A DNA stretch of 64,000 bases, taken from positions 24,895 to 88,894 of the forward strand of contig JBAZNA010000001.1 of the NCBI GenBank assembly GCA_041649475.1, in the 5' to 3' direction. The DNA comes from Patescibacteria group bacterium. GTDB taxonomy: Bacteria > Patescibacteriota > Patescibacteriia > Magasanikbacterales > GWA2-37-8. The notes below the pieces were generated by a model. That model was not told the origin of the DNA and ran no database searches. It saw nothing but the letters and a program-made list of their open reading frames with translations. The translations under genes were made by a program, and so were the position numbers. The first letter of the stretch is position 1, and each line of letters opens with the position of its first letter. Shown piece by piece: positions 29,604 through 41,359 of the stretch.

Positions 29604-30140
29604 CTAAATTTTCACTTCCTCAACTCCATCTTTAGCATTCACCCATCTCGCCGCCACAAACAAGAAGTCACTTAACCGATTAAAATATTTATACAATTCC
29701 GGCCGAATTGGCGCGGTTTTTCCAAACGCCACCAATTGTCTTTCCGCTCTCCGGCAAACGGTTCGCGCCAAATGCAAATAAGCTCCAACTTCACTTCCGC
29801 CCGATAAAATAAAATTTTTAAGTTCCGGCAATTCCGACCACATTGTATCAATCCATTTCTCCAAATCCGTTATTTTCTCTTCGCTAAGCTTTTCTATTTG
29901 CTCATTAAGAGGCGTTTGCAGTGAGGCGACTTCCGAACCGGCTATAATTAAATCCTTTTGCACCTGAATCAAAAAATCTCTCAAATTTCCTTCATCCATT
30001 TTTGCTACCACCACCCCCAGAGCCGCATTTAGCTCGTCAATCTCGCCAATCACCTGCATCTCCAAACAACTCTTCCCTATCCTCCTGCCGTCTGATAAAG
30101 AGGTCTCACCTTCATCGCCCGTTTTAGTATAAATCTTCAT
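29604..30140 (-). CDS. ATP:cob(I)alamin adenosyltransferase, PduO/MMAB type
   Basis: MKIYTKTGDEGETSL N-terminus and the helical-bundle length (178 aa). Confidence 0.8.
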   Translation of the reverse strand: MKIYTKTGDEGETSLSDGRRIGKSCLEMQVIGEIDELNAALGVVVAKMDEGNLRDFLIQVQKDLIIAGSEVASLQTPLNEQIEKLSEEKITDLEKWIDTMWSELPELKNFILSGGSEVGAYLHLARTVCRRAERQLVAFGKTAPIRPELYKYFNRLSDFLFVAARWVNAKDGVEEVKI

Positions 30141-30149
30141 ACTATCTAT

Positions 30150-33100
30150 CTATGAACACCCAGTGGTGCTTCCACAATTTAAACATTTATAACAACTCCC
30201 GCTTCTGATAGTTATATGCCCGCAAGTCGGGCAAGGCGGCGCATCGCCCATCATACCTGATAACTGTTGATTTACAGCATCAGCCGCTGCACCCGCAACC
30301 TCCTCAACCGGTTCAACTTTGGGAATGTTCGGAAGCGTGGCCTGTGTGCCGGAAGCATCATCTTCTTCGCGTATATCATCTGCCCCTAACTGCATAGTTT
30401 TTTGACCGCGCAATTCCGCTTCAATTTTTTCCATTTGCTCGGCCCGGTTCTTTTGAATGCCGGCCGGTTTCACCTGCACAAAATCCATTCTTCCCAGATA
30501 TTCCATCCCCAACACCCGGAAAATAAAATCTATAATTGAAGTGCAAAATTTAATATTAGGATGATCAGTGATACCGCTCGGATCAAATCTGGTAAAGGTA
30601 AACTTATCAACATATTCTTCCAGTGGCACGCCATACTGCAAACCGGTTGAAATGGACATAGCAAACAAATTGAGCAAGCTTCTAAATGCGGCTCCCTCCC
30701 TGTACATATCAATAAATATCTCCCCTAACTTTCCATCCGGATATTCACCGGTGCGCAGGAAAATCTTTTGCCCGGAGACCTTGGTTTTGATGGTTATCCC
30801 GCTGCGCTTATAAGGCAACCTTCTCTGCTCGCCATGAACATAAATCTTTGACCCCTGGTTGGTGCCATCATGCGCGTATTTAATCATGGCGTGCGTAGCC
30901 AGTACCGATACGGTTTCTTCTTTCTTTGCTTCTACTTTCTCTTCTTTTTTCTCCTCTTCTTTTTCTTTCTTATCACCCTTGCTTGATAGCGGTTGTGATA
31001 ATTTACTCCCATCCCTGTATAAGGCAATCGCTTTGAGTCCTAATTTCCAGGAAGCGATATAAGCGGTTTTGACATCGTCAATCGTGGCCTCATTGGGCAT
31101 ATTGATGGTCTTGGAAATTGCGCCGGACAAAAACGGCTGGACTGCGGCCATCATTCTAATATGCCCTAAATAATGAATATACCGCTGGCCCTTTTTGCCA
31201 TTTTTATTGGCCGTATCAAACACCGCGTAATGTTCTTTGCGCAGATGCGGCGCGCCTTCAATGGTCATAGCTCCGCAAACATATTCATTGGCCGCTAAAA
31301 TCTGTTCTTGAGTGAAACCCAAAGCGGAAAGCAAATTAAAATTCAGGTCATTATATTGTTCGCTGGTAAAACCAAGGCGAGTGAGACAATCTTCACCCAG
31401 CGTCCAGGCATTAAACGCAAATGGCAGTTCAAATACCATTGGCATTGATTTCTCCAATTTTACTATTTCTTCTTCAGTGAAACCCTTTTCTTTTAATGTC
31501 TCATGATTAATATGCGGCGCGCCTGAAAGAGTGCCCCGACCGCGCAAATAATTTATTATGTCAATCATTTGGCTCTCGGTATACCCAAGCACCTTTAAAG
31601 CCATAGGCACGGATTCATTTACAATTTTAAAATATCCGCCGCCGGCCAATTTTTTAAATTTCACCAGCGCAAAATCCGGCTCAACGCCGGTGGTGGCGCA
31701 GTCCATAAGCAAACCGATTGTGCCGGTGGGAGCAAGCAGGGTCACCTGCGAATTTCGGTAACCAAATTCCTGACCAAAAGCCAGGGCTTTGTCCCAACTC
31801 TCCTGCGCGGCAGAAAGTAAATATGACGGCACATACTGTGAATCTAAACCCATTGGCTTGACCGCCAAATTTTCATATTCATCTTCAGGGGCATTGTAGG
31901 CGGCACGCCGGTGATTTCTCATCACCCGCAACATATCTTCTTTATTAAGTTCATACTGCGCAAAAGGTCCGAGCAATTTGGCCATCTCCGCGGACGTGGC
32001 ATAGGACTCGGCAGTCATCAAAGCCGTAATGGCTCCGGCAATGCCCATGGCTTGCGGAGAATCATAAGGGATACCGGCGGTCATAAGCACACTGCCGACA
32101 TTGGCATAGCCCAGTCCCAAACTTCGAAATAGATAACTGTTCTTGGCGATTTCATAACTTGGAAATTGCGCCATTAAAATGCTTACTTCCAAAACAACCG
32201 TCCAAATTTTGGTGGTGTATCTAAAACCTTCAACATCAAAAGCCAAGGCCTCCGCGTCATAAAAATGGCCAAGGTTAATTGAGGCCAAATTACAGGCGGT
32301 GTCGTCTAAAAACATGTACTCACTGCAAGGATTTGAGGCCTTTATCCGGCCCGACTGCGGACAAGTGTGCCAATCATTTATATTGGTATCATATTGCAAT
32401 CCCGGATCAGCGCATGACCAGGCCGCGGTGGCAATTTTGTCCCATAAATTTTTAGCCGGCAAGGTCTTACAAACCTGACCGTTTATACGCCAAGTTAAAT
32501 TCCAGTCGCCGTTATTTTCAACCGCTTCCATAAAATCCTGGGTCACGCGGATGGAATTGTTTGAATTTTGTCCGGAAACAGTTTGATAGGCCTCGCCTTC
32601 ATAGGCAGAATCATAGCCGGATGAAATCAAAGCCGCCACTTTTTTTTCTTCATTCATTTTCCAATCAATAAACTTCTCAATATCCGGATGATCAATGTTT
32701 AAAATAACCATTTTGGCCGCCCGGCGGGTAGTGCCGCCGGATTTGATCGCGCCGGCCGCGCGATCGCCAATTTTTAGCCAGCTCATCAATCCGGAAGATT
32801 CGCCGCCACCGGATAATTTTTCTCCGGAGCCGCGCAAATTGGAAAAATTTGTCCCAGTGCCGCTGCCGTATTTGAATAACCTTGCTTCCCTGACCCACAA
32901 GTCCATAATTCCACCCGGATTTACCAGATCGTCTTTGATTGATTGAATGAAACAAGCATGCGGTTGATTGCGGGAGTAGGCGTCAGGCGACGGCATCACT
33001 TCTCCGGTGGCATCCTCAACATAGTAATGACCCTGCGCCGGACCATTTATGCCATAGGCCCAAAAAAGACCGGTGGTAAACCATTGCGGCGAATTTGGCG

Positions 33101-33569
33101 CCACCATTTGGGCGATGAGCATGTAAACTAATTCATCATAAAAAATTTGGGCATCTTGAGGGCTGGCAAAATAACCGTACTTTTCTCCCCAATATCGCCA
33201 GGTGCCGGCCAATCTATGGGCAACTTGCTTAATACTTTTTTCACTGCCCAAAACCGGCGAACCGCTTTCGTTTAATGTTGGCGTACCATCCGAATTATAT
33301 TGCGGTACTCCGGCTTTTCTAAAATATTTCTGGGCCAAAATATCCGTCGCCACCTGCGACCAGGTGCTGGGCACCTCAACGCTGGTCATTTCAAAAACAA
33401 TTTGCCCGCTCGGCTCTCTGATAACCGATGACCGAAGCTCATAGGTGAACATATCAAACGGACTGATATCGTCCCGGGTGTAATGCCTGGCAAATCGCAA
33501 ACCGTTCTCTACGTTATATTTAAAATCGCTGTCGGTTATATAGGTTTTGGTGGCCACGGCATTTTGCAT
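30150..33569 (-). CDS. nrdJ: Adenosylcobalamin-dependent (class II) ribonucleotide reductase
   Basis: RHYTRDDISPFDMFTYELRSSVIREPSGQIVFEMTSVEVPSTWSQVATDILAQKYFRKAGVP N-terminal signature. C-terminal Zn-ribbon CPTCGH...CYKCLNCG. The start was trimmed to MQNAVATK; the ORF is open to 33668. Confidence 0.85.
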   Translation of the reverse strand: MQNAVATKTYITDSDFKYNVENGLRFARHYTRDDISPFDMFTYELRSSVIREPSGQIVFEMTSVEVPSTWSQVATDILAQKYFRKAGVPQYNSDGTPTLNESGSPVLGSEKSIKQVAHRLAGTWRYWGEKYGYFASPQDAQIFYDELVYMLIAQMVAPNSPQWFTTGLFWAYGINGPAQGHYYVEDATGEVMPSPDAYSRNQPHACFIQSIKDDLVNPGGIMDLWVREARLFKYGSGTGTNFSNLRGSGEKLSGGGESSGLMSWLKIGDRAAGAIKSGGTTRRAAKMVILNIDHPDIEKFIDWKMNEEKKVAALISSGYDSAYEGEAYQTVSGQNSNNSIRVTQDFMEAVENNGDWNLTWRINGQVCKTLPAKNLWDKIATAAWSCADPGLQYDTNINDWHTCPQSGRIKASNPCSEYMFLDDTACNLASINLGHFYDAEALAFDVEGFRYTTKIWTVVLEVSILMAQFPSYEIAKNSYLFRSLGLGYANVGSVLMTAGIPYDSPQAMGIAGAITALMTAESYATSAEMAKLLGPFAQYELNKEDMLRVMRNHRRAAYNAPEDEYENLAVKPMGLDSQYVPSYLLSAAQESWDKALAFGQEFGYRNSQVTLLAPTGTIGLLMDCATTGVEPDFALVKFKKLAGGGYFKIVNESVPMALKVLGYTESQMIDIINYLRGRGTLSGAPHINHETLKEKGFTEEEIVKLEKSMPMVFELPFAFNAWTLGEDCLTRLGFTSEQYNDLNFNLLSALGFTQEQILAANEYVCGAMTIEGAPHLRKEHYAVFDTANKNGKKGQRYIHYLGHIRMMAAVQPFLSGAISKTINMPNEATIDDVKTAYIASWKLGLKAIALYRDGSKLSQPLSSKGDKKEKEEEKKEEKVEAKKEETVSVLATHAMIKYAHDGTNQGSKIYVHGEQRRLPYKRSGITIKTKVSGQKIFLRTGEYPDGKLGEIFIDMYREGAAFRSLLNLFAMSISTGLQYGVPLEEYVDKFTFTRFDPSGITDHPNIKFCTSIIDFIFRVLGMEYLGRMDFVQVKPAGIQKNRAEQMEKIEAELRGQKTMQLGADDIREEDDASGTQATLPNIPKVEPVEEVAGAAADAVNQQLSGMMGDAPPCPTCGHITIRSGSCYKCLNCGSTTGCS

Positions 33570-33760
33570 ATATTCCTGCTTATAGTATTTAAAATTAATT
33601 TTTACCACAATATGTAGTAAAAGGACATTGACAAAATACATTATATCATTTTTACAAGCCGGGCACAAAGATAATAAATTTTAGCTAAAATTGGCCTAAA
33701 ATCTAAATAAAAAAACTCATACTAGATGAGTTATCCACCGCCAAAAAATTGGCCTCAACT

Positions 33761-36700
33761 TTATACCGAGACCGGGATGACTTCAAAAGGCGGAGCAGGA
33801 GGAGCTTCGGGAGGTGTTTCTGGAGTTGGAGGAACTTCAGGAGCAGGTGGGGCTTCCGGGGCAGGCGGAACTTCGGGGACAGTTGGAGCCGGGGCGCTTT
33901 CAACAACCGGAGGTGGGCTGGGTGGTGTCTCCGTTACAGTTTCCGGAGTTGGGGTCGGAGTGGTTGGTGTTGGTGTTGGTGTTGGGGCTGGGGTTGGTGT
34001 TTCAACCGGTGTTTCAGTCGGAGTAGGAATGGGAGGAAGTGTTGGGGTTACAGGCGCATTGCTCCTCTTAGCTACGACTATCCAATCAAAGGTTGCGTTG
34101 CTATTTCCATTGTTTAATTCTTTCACCACAAAACCATTAGCACTCTTAGAAGCCACATACACTCCATTTCCTTCACCGGATGTCAAAGTCACGCTGATTT
34201 TAATGGGCTGATTCGGATCAATCACATCCTTAATTGCAGCATCAAAATCAATTTGTACGGTTCCGGACATAAGCTGAGACGAACTGGAAAATACTAATTC
34301 GGAATTGGTGGATTGCATGGCATACAAATCCTGCGAACCATTGGCTGTTTGTACTTTGGCAATTAAATTGCCGTCAGCGTCAATTCTCCACTTCCCGCCT
34401 GCGCCGGTGATTGAAGCCACATTAATAATTGTATTGTTCTGAAGATCAAGGTTGCCGCCGGTATAACTTAATTGCCCGCCGGTTTGTGACACGCCCAAAT
34501 TTTCCGGAGAACTGCTGGGTGATAAATTTATTCCTTGGAGAGAAGCGATCTGGTTTATGCTATTTTGAATTTCAGCAATAGTGTTATCGCGATTATACAT
34601 CCACCCGGTTCTAATTAATGTCATAATTTTTCCGGTGGGTTGATCCATTGGCTCAAGAGCCACACCAATTATACCGACCATCTTATTATTGTTATCTTTT
34701 GTCGGATCATACTTCATGGCGTATCCGGGCATAGAGGCGGAAATTAACAAATCACCGCGTTGTATTGGCCCGTTTTCATTGGAAACTTTGACCGGCACAC
34801 GGCCAACCATGGCCATGACAGCCATATAATCAGTTTTACCGTTGCCTACTATAATAGTCGGGTTGGTAGAAACCACGCCGGCCACAGATTGCTCATATGC
34901 TCCGTTGCTTCTTCGGTATGTATCCGGCGCACTTGGGTCTACCATCAAAACATCCCCCGGTTCAACATTATCATCCACGGCAATATCCACCTTCTCTGCC
35001 AAATCGCCGGGGTTTGTGGATGTTCCTAAAGTGATTGATGGAGCGTAAATATTTCCTTTGGTATTAACATCGCCGTTGGCTGATACAGAAAACACCGGAT
35101 CATTGTTTGAGCGCAGTGAAACAATATAATTATCCGCAGTGGAAGTATTGAAATTGATTGCGTTAAAAGTGAAGGCCTTAGCCGAAGGGGATGAAACTGC
35201 CGCTGATTGAAAAGTGATCTCTTGGGTTGTACTACTTAAGATAAGGGTTGAATTTAACTTCTTTAGGTCTCTATACATTGTCTGCTGGTTGGTGAGCAAG
35301 AATTGAATAGCTGACCCGGCGGCTATACTATTCTGGTCGTGGCCGGTTAAAAGATCCGGAGATTCATCGGCAATAATGCCATATTGCCAGATGGCTTGAT
35401 CGCCATAAGCGCTTACATCATTAATAAAACGATATTGATTAATATTTAAACTGTCCAACATGGATAACAGGTTGCTTCTTTGTGTTTCTGTAATCGGAAC
35501 AATATCCTGCTTAATGGAACGGGAGGACCCATTATGCCATTGGCCGTCAACTGCACTATAGTAACCGCCGCCGTCCATGTTTAAAAGATAACTAAAAGAA
35601 GAGGTGCCGATGCCGACATTGCCGCCCATGATGGCCATTACGTTAATGGCAGACACAGTATAATGGGTTTCGGTATTTCCAATGCCGATACCGATTGAAC
35701 CAGTTCCTGAAACTTCTATATAGTTGCCTAAAGCCATGGCTTTTTCCGCAGACGAGGTCACATGGCTGCCAAAGGCAAAAGAAGTACCGGCTGAAGCAAC
35801 CACAGTATCACCAATAGCTACCGATACATTCCCTGTTGCCGTAAGATGTTTTCCCATTGCTATAGAACTATCACCCGAAGAGACCCCGTCTCCCATGATA
35901 AAGGAAGAGAGACCGCCCGCCACTCCGCCCAACCCAAGAGCAACGGAAGCAGTGCCACTGGCTGTGTTGCCTCCTCCGGCGGCGAACGAGTATAATCCGC
36001 TGGCTTTGGTGCCGGCGCCAAAAGCAGCTGACGAGGTGCCAATATTGGCTTCATCCCAACCAGTGCCATCGCCAAGCGGCAACACTCCCAAAAACATATC
36101 TGCGGTCTTTCCAGCTCTAAACGCCGCTTTGGATGGAATCCACATCATACGAGTACCGGTGCCGGAAACAGGAGTGGCTCCGACTGTGCCAGCGGCTAAA
36201 ATAGCACCGTCTTGAAGAGTAAAAAGTGCTTGAGGAGTTGTTGTTCCGATTCCCACATTCCCACCCATAATAGCCATGACATTGCTTTGATTTAATTCAT
36301 AACGTGGCCATATATTATTCAAACTAATACCAAAAGATCTGTCACCGGTTACATTAATACGAGTTCCCATGGCAGTTGAATACGCGCCACTGGCAACAAC
36401 ATCATCACCAATGGCAATGGCTTGCGTACCACTGGCATATGATTGATAACCGACCGCAAAAGAATTCCCTCCGGTAGCTCTGGATGCAAAACCCAAAGCC
36501 ATAGAGCCATCCCCAGAGGCAATTACACTATCTCCTAACGCAACAGATCGTGCGCCAGAGGCCTTAGCAAAAGATCCCAAAGCGATAGCCGTCGTATTGC
36601 TAGCAATGACATTCCAACCCATAGCCACAGAAGAAGATCCTATCTTTGCATCATCCCAATAAATAGATTCTTCCCCACCCTGATCTTCAAGCTTGCCGGC

Positions 36701-39700
36701 TCTAAATGCCGCTTTGGACGGAACCCACATCATACGGGTACCGAGGCCGGAAGCGGGGGTGTTGCCAATGGTGCCGGAAGCGATGACGGCGCCATTGATA
36801 ATACCAAAAGTATTTGCGTTAGATAAGGTGCCATTATCTGAATTGCCTAAACCGATACCGAAGGAATTTGCACCGGAAACTGTCATATACCTGCCCATAG
36901 CAATAGAATACTGGGCAGTAGATGTTACTGAAGTTCCAATAGCCACAGCAAACGACGTCAGTGCCCTGGCGTCACCACCGATAGCTACCGAAGCGGTACC
37001 ACTTGCTGTGGCAGCACCAAAAGCTGAAGATCCGTCTCCTGTGGCGCTGGAGCCGCCCAAAGCTGTAGCACTGGTGCCGCTGGCATAAGAACCAAAACCC
37101 ATCGCAACAGATAAAGGCCCCCCAGAAAAATTATTCATACCTATTGCAACAGAACCAAGGGCGGTGGCTTTATTATTAACCCCCAAAGCCATGGAGTATT
37201 CACCAATATTTGCATCATCCCATTCTGTTCCACCATATGGGTCGGCTCCATAGGTATCAACACCTACCGCGCCAGCTCTAAACGCCGCTTTACTTGGTAT
37301 CCACATCATACGAGTGCCGGGACCGGAACCGGGAGTGTTGCCGGTGGTGCCGGAGGCGATCATGGCACCATTGATTATTCCAAAAGTATTTGCAGTAGAT
37401 AAAACACCATTGTCAGATGACCCCAAACCGATACCGAAGGAATTTGCACCAGAAACTGTCAAATATTTGCCCATTACAAAAGAATTTCCGCCCGAACTTG
37501 TTACAAACTCACCAATAGCAACAGACCTGCTTCCCAAAGCTCTTACTGTTTCACCCATAGCAATGGCTTTAGCCGCACTGGCAAATGCATTATTACCAAG
37601 AGCGATAGCTCCGTCGCCTTGAGCTTTATTGCCTGATCCCATAGCCACTGACGCGGTGCCGGTGGATATATTGCTGGCGCCCATGGCAATGGAGAATATA
37701 CCAGCTGAAATATTTTCAACACCTGAAGCGAATGTATATGGACCGCTGGCTTCAACATTATACCCCAAAGCCATAGAATAAGAACCGATACTTGCCTCAT
37801 CCCATTCTGTTGAAGAAGCATACCCGGCTCTAAAAGCCGCCTTGCTCGGTATCCACATCAGACGAGTGCCGGCGCCGGAAATCGGAGTCCCTTGGGCACC
37901 TGTGCCACTGGTTGAACTGACAGCCAGAATAGCGCCATCTAAAATTGTTAACGCCGCTTGAGGTGTGGTGGTGCCAATACCAACATTCCCACCCATGATG
38001 GCCATGACATTGCTGGCTGAAATAATTCTATCTGTTGTATCCAAGCCAATACCAAACGACTGACTTCCTGTAACATTTATATGTGATCCCAACGCGATTG
38101 CGCCTGAAGCAGTACTTGTAATATGCCCACCCATGGCGATTCCACCAGAAGCAAAGGCATGTGCGTTTTCACCCATCGCAAAGGAATTAGTACCCAATGC
38201 TGTTGACCAATTTCCTAAAGCAACAGCACCGTTTCCTGCTGCCCAACTGCCAACACCGGCGGCAAAGGCAGCAGTGCCACTAGCGATGGTATCTATACCA
38301 AAAGCAACTGAACCTAAACCAATTTTTGCATCATCCCAAGCATCCACACCGGCATATAGACCCTGGATTGATCCGGCTCTAAAAGCCGCCTTGCTCGGTA
38401 TCCACATCATGCGAGTGCCGGCGCCGGAAATCGGAGTCCCTTGGGCACCTGTGCCACTGGTTGAACTGACAGCCAGAATAGCGCCGTCAACTATTGTTAA
38501 TCCCGCCAAAGGCGAACTGGTATTTATTCCTACATTTCCATTTGCCAAAACGCGCAGCATGCTGGAGCCGGAGGAGGAGGCGATGTCAAAAAATGGACTG
38601 CTGGTAACCGAACCGGATATTGAGAATAGAGCTGTTGGAGTAGTTGTGCCAACTCCCACTCTGCCGGTTGTTCCTTCACCGGCCGATGGGCCTACAAATA
38701 ATGTGGGAACTGTAGAATAAAAGCCCACAACCAAAGACCTGTCAGTGGAGTTGACAAGTAAACCACTACCTAGACCCAGGCCGTTACCAATAATAATGGA
38801 ACTAAAGGCACTTGAAGAAACATACTGACCAAGGGCAAAGGAATTATCACCGCTGGCAGTGGAGTATTGCCCCAACGCGGTTGAATAGTTACCACTGGCA
38901 ACAGATCGAGAACCCATCGCGGTTGAAGTATAGCCGCTCGCAACGGTATTACCACCCATCGCGACTGACCGGTCCCCGATTAACGCATCATCCCATTGTG
39001 TCCCATCTACAATACCCGCCCTAAACGCCGCTTTACTTGGTATCCACATCATACGGGTGCCGCCGCCGGAAATTGGAGTGTCACCGACTGAACCTGTGGC
39101 CAGGATGGCACCATCAACTATTGTAAACTTTGCCAAAGGCGAAATTGTGTTTACGCCTAAAGCCCCCAAAGTGCCTGTTGATGAAATTCTAAAATTGGCC
39201 ACTTGATCCGCGGATGATTGATTTTGTATATAACTGTCTGAACCGGATGAAGATGCGAATCCTAAACTGCTTGTATTCACCCATTGCCCGCGGCCGCTGC
39301 CGTTAGACATATAAATATTGCCGCTATATCCGGAAGTGGCTATAAAATACTGTCCGTAATCAATATTATTTATTCTGTAAGTCCCGGTGGTATTAATATC
39401 ACCGGCTACTGATAATTTCCAGGCAGGAGAGGTGGTGCCTATTCCAACCGAACCGCCAAAGTACGACGGCGTGTTTGTTGCCGAAATTGACAAAGCCCCT
39501 TGTGACAAAATACCACCATAACCAACCGTCAAAGATGTCCCTATATCAACTATTCCTTTGGTGATTATTTCGTTTTGCACTGCAAGTTTTCCAACTTCGG
39601 CCGAGTGAGCAAATAATGAACCGACTTCCGTTCCATAAAGATCGGTGATAAAAAATAAACCAGAACTATCATTGACAGAAAATACGTAATTCCCAACCAC

Positions 39701-41272
39701 CTTGACCCCATAATCTCCCGCATACACATTACCAACCTCACTCATTACTCCCGGATTTGAAATATCAATTATATCTATAATTCCCAAATAAGTTGATACA
39801 AACGCATAATTTCCGGAAATGTCTAAGTCAAACGGAGCATTGACCAGGGCAACCGTGGATGATACCACCGGTGTAATTGGATTGTGTATATCCACAGATA
39901 TTAAGGTATTATTCCATGTACCCCCTAAATATGCATACCCTCCGGAAACATAAATAGGATAGGCCCCTGAACCTGCCGGCAGGTCTGTAGTGCTTTTCTG
40001 TACTGGTAAATTTGGATTAGAAATATCTACTACCATCAAATGACTAGTATGTGTCAAATAAGCGTACTTACCGGAAACAAATATTTCCCCGGGGCCATAG
40101 TCCAATGTTACTGAACTTACTACTACCGGGTTATATGGATTGGAGATATCAATTACATACATTTTTGTATCATCTGTATCAGCGACGTATAAATATTTAC
40201 CCGACACAAAAATTGAGTCCGCAGAACTGCTTGATCCTAATGATGTTGTGCTAATCTGAACCGGAGATGCTGGTTTGGTTACATCAACAACAACTAATTT
40301 ATTTGTCATACCAGCGCCCAAATAAGCATAATTACCGGCAACAAATATTGAACTAACACGCCCTATGCTTAACAGTAATGTGGCAACCTTGATTGGAGCG
40401 CTTGGTCTATTTATGTCTATTACAGACAAGTATGATGGATCGCCTCTATCCGAAACATAGGCATATCGGCCAGACACATATAATTCAGAGGCCTGGGATT
40501 GTGCGAAGACAAACCCTACGGTGTTTATACCCGAATCGGGATGTATGGGATTATAAATTTTACCCAATACGGTCAGTTTTCTACTTGTCGCTGTTGTGCC
40601 AATTCCCACCTGTCCTCCGGCTGTCGCAAAAGTCGCCCCATAATTAAAAGTGGAAGTATTGTTTGAGATTACAGTCAGTTTGTTTGTGACGGTAGTTGTT
40701 GAAATCGTCGTACTGTTAAAATTAAAATTTCCGTTGACATCCGACACTGGAATGTAAGTTGACGAAGAAACAGTGGCCGAAGCAACTCCGTCCAAATACA
40801 TTGAATTAAAAGAATATGGTGAGGCCGTGATTTGTTTTCTGGGGGTTAGGGTTTGGGCGCCGATTCTTACTTCCAAAAATACTGACGCATTATTTTTAAA
40901 AATATTTGGATCAAGGGTATTGGTACCAGTGTCGCCGAGATTGATTGAGAACAAACCTGAAGTTGGTGTAACAGCGATTGAGGTGGGTGTACCAACCGTG
41001 CCTCCGGCTGTATAGAGTGCCGTACCTCCGGACGCGGAATCATACAAAATAAAATACATGTCCTGACTGGTTGTTGCCGCTAACCCGTTCACCAATAATT
41101 TTCCTTGATAAGTAATTATGCTGGGTGGGGTGGCAGACCGCGCATTTAAACCATAGGCAATGAAAAACAAAATACACCCAAATATCAAAAAAATGGGAAG
41201 AATTCTTTTGCAGTTCTGCCACTTCCTCTTTAACTCCTGCATATCTTCTTTGTTACTTCTATAGTATAGCAC
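33761..41272 (-). CDS. Giant (2503 aa) secreted/cell-surface fibre protein with LVIVD-like beta-propeller repeats, Hep_Hag/YadA-head-like repeats, an internal S74-type intramolecular-chaperone-like domain and a Pro/Thr-rich C-terminus
   Basis: Single uninterrupted ORF. N-terminal TM/signal [19 protein letters not shown]. Six recurrences of [16 protein letters not shown] about 190 aa apart. [10 protein letters not shown]...[13 protein letters not shown] block. TPTPTPTPT...PPAPE tail. Confidence 0.8.
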   Translation of the reverse strand: MLYYRSNKEDMQELKRKWQNCKRILPIFLIFGCILFFIAYGLNARSATPPSIITYQGKLLVNGLAATTSQDMYFILYDSASGGTALYTAGGTVGTPTSIAVTPTSGLFSINLGDTGTNTLDPNIFKNNASVFLEVRIGAQTLTPRKQITASPYSFNSMYLDGVASATVSSSTYIPVSDVNGNFNFNSTTISTTTVTNKLTVISNNTSTFNYGATFATAGGQVGIGTTATSRKLTVLGKIYNPIHPDSGINTVGFVFAQSQASELYVSGRYAYVSDRGDPSYLSVIDINRPSAPIKVATLLLSIGRVSSIFVAGNYAYLGAGMTNKLVVVDVTKPASPVQISTTSLGSSSSADSIFVSGKYLYVADTDDTKMYVIDISNPYNPVVVSSVTLDYGPGEIFVSGKYAYLTHTSHLMVVDISNPNLPVQKSTTDLPAGSGAYPIYVSGGYAYLGGTWNNTLISVDIHNPITPVVSSTVALVNAPFDLDISGNYAFVSTYLGIIDIIDISNPGVMSEVGNVYAGDYGVKVVGNYVFSVNDSSGLFFITDLYGTEVGSLFAHSAEVGKLAVQNEIITKGIVDIGTSLTVGYGGILSQGALSISATNTPSYFGGSVGIGTTSPAWKLSVAGDINTTGTYRINNIDYGQYFIATSGYSGNIYMSNGSGRGQWVNTSSLGFASSSGSDSYIQNQSSADQVANFRISSTGTLGALGVNTISPLAKFTIVDGAILATGSVGDTPISGGGTRMMWIPSKAAFRAGIVDGTQWDDALIGDRSVAMGGNTVASGYTSTAMGSRSVASGNYSTALGQYSTASGDNSFALGQYVSSSAFSSIIIGNGLGLGSGLLVNSTDRSLVVGFYSTVPTLFVGPSAGEGTTGRVGVGTTTPTALFSISGSVTSSPFFDIASSSGSSMLRVLANGNVGINTSSPLAGLTIVDGAILAVSSTSGTGAQGTPISGAGTRMMWIPSKAAFRAGSIQGLYAGVDAWDDAKIGLGSVAFGIDTIASGTAAFAAGVGSWAAGNGAVALGNWSTALGTNSFAMGENAHAFASGGIAMGGHITSTASGAIALGSHINVTGSQSFGIGLDTTDRIISASNVMAIMGGNVGIGTTTPQAALTILDGAILAVSSTSGTGAQGTPISGAGTRLMWIPSKAAFRAGYASSTEWDEASIGSYSMALGYNVEASGPYTFASGVENISAGIFSIAMGASNISTGTASVAMGSGNKAQGDGAIALGNNAFASAAKAIAMGETVRALGSRSVAIGEFVTSSGGNSFVMGKYLTVSGANSFGIGLGSSDNGVLSTANTFGIINGAMIASGTTGNTPGSGPGTRMMWIPSKAAFRAGAVGVDTYGADPYGGTEWDDANIGEYSMALGVNNKATALGSVAIGMNNFSGGPLSVAMGFGSYASGTSATALGGSSATGDGSSAFGAATASGTASVAIGGDARALTSFAVAIGTSVTSTAQYSIAMGRYMTVSGANSFGIGLGNSDNGTLSNANTFGIINGAVIASGTIGNTPASGLGTRMMWVPSKAAFRAGKLEDQGGEESIYWDDAKIGSSSVAMGWNVIASNTTAIALGSFAKASGARSVALGDSVIASGDGSMALGFASRATGGNSFAVGYQSYASGTQAIAIGDDVVASGAYSTAMGTRINVTGDRSFGISLNNIWPRYELNQSNVMAIMGGNVGIGTTTPQALFTLQDGAILAAGTVGATPVSGTGTRMMWIPSKAAFRAGKTADMFLGVLPLGDGTGWDEANIGTSSAAFGAGTKASGLYSFAAGGGNTASGTASVALGLGGVAGGLSSFIMGDGVSSGDSSIAMGKHLTATGNVSVAIGDTVVASAGTSFAFGSHVTSSAEKAMALGNYIEVSGTGSIGIGIGNTETHYTVSAINVMAIMGGNVGIGTSSFSYLLNMDGGGYYSAVDGQWHNGSSRSIKQDIVPITETQRSNLLSMLDSLNINQYRFINDVSAYGDQAIWQYGIIADESPDLLTGHDQNSIAAGSAIQFLLTNQQTMYRDLKKLNSTLILSSTTQEITFQSAAVSSPSAKAFTFNAINFNTSTADNYIVSLRSNNDPVFSVSANGDVNTKGNIYAPSITLGTSTNPGDLAEKVDIAVDDNVEPGDVLMVDPSAPDTYRRSNGAYEQSVAGVVSTNPTIIVGNGKTDYMAVMAMVGRVPVKVSNENGPIQRGDLLISASMPGYAMKYDPTKDNNNKMVGIIGVALEPMDQPTGKIMTLIRTGWMYNRDNTIAEIQNSINQIASLQGINLSPSSSPENLGVSQTGGQLSYTGGNLDLQNNTIINVASITGAGGKWRIDADGNLIAKVQTANGSQDLYAMQSTNSELVFSSSSQLMSGTVQIDFDAAIKDVIDPNQPIKISVTLTSGEGNGVYVASKSANGFVVKELNNGNSNATFDWIVVAKRSNAPVTPTLPPIPTPTETPVETPTPAPTPTPTPTTPTPTPETVTETPPSPPPVVESAPAPTVPEVPPAPEAPPAPEVPPTPETPPEAPPAPPFEVIPVSV

Positions 41273-41359
41273 CTTTTAACGACTATTTATACGTTTTTTA
41301 AGCAAAAAACTGTGGATAAATGGACTTCGTATCTTTTTTGCTATATAATTAAAATCACT

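Noticed and set aside
30150-33668. Possible intein in the 1140-aa class II RNR, given its length and low-complexity insert.
   Set aside because: No Hint-domain block A/B (Cys/Ser … TxxH) or C-terminal HN-Cys/Ser motifs were recognised. The extra length is explained by the KE-rich linker and the N- and C-terminal extensions.
33726-34211. Plus-strand ORFs (161 aa, 122 aa, 70 aa and many others up to 41015) antisense to the giant gene. They are rich in Gly, Val, Trp and Cys repeats.
   Set aside because: All lie entirely inside the 7.5-kb minus-strand ORF and are low-complexity mirror images of its Pro/Thr-rich and Gly/Ala-rich coding repeats. No RBS is present. They are spurious.
34100-39200. 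Regularly spaced ~190-aa repeats. Considered as a CRISPR-like or tandem-repeat array.
   Set aside because: Repeat units are about 570 bp, coding and in frame, with no short spacers. They are protein repeats, not CRISPR.
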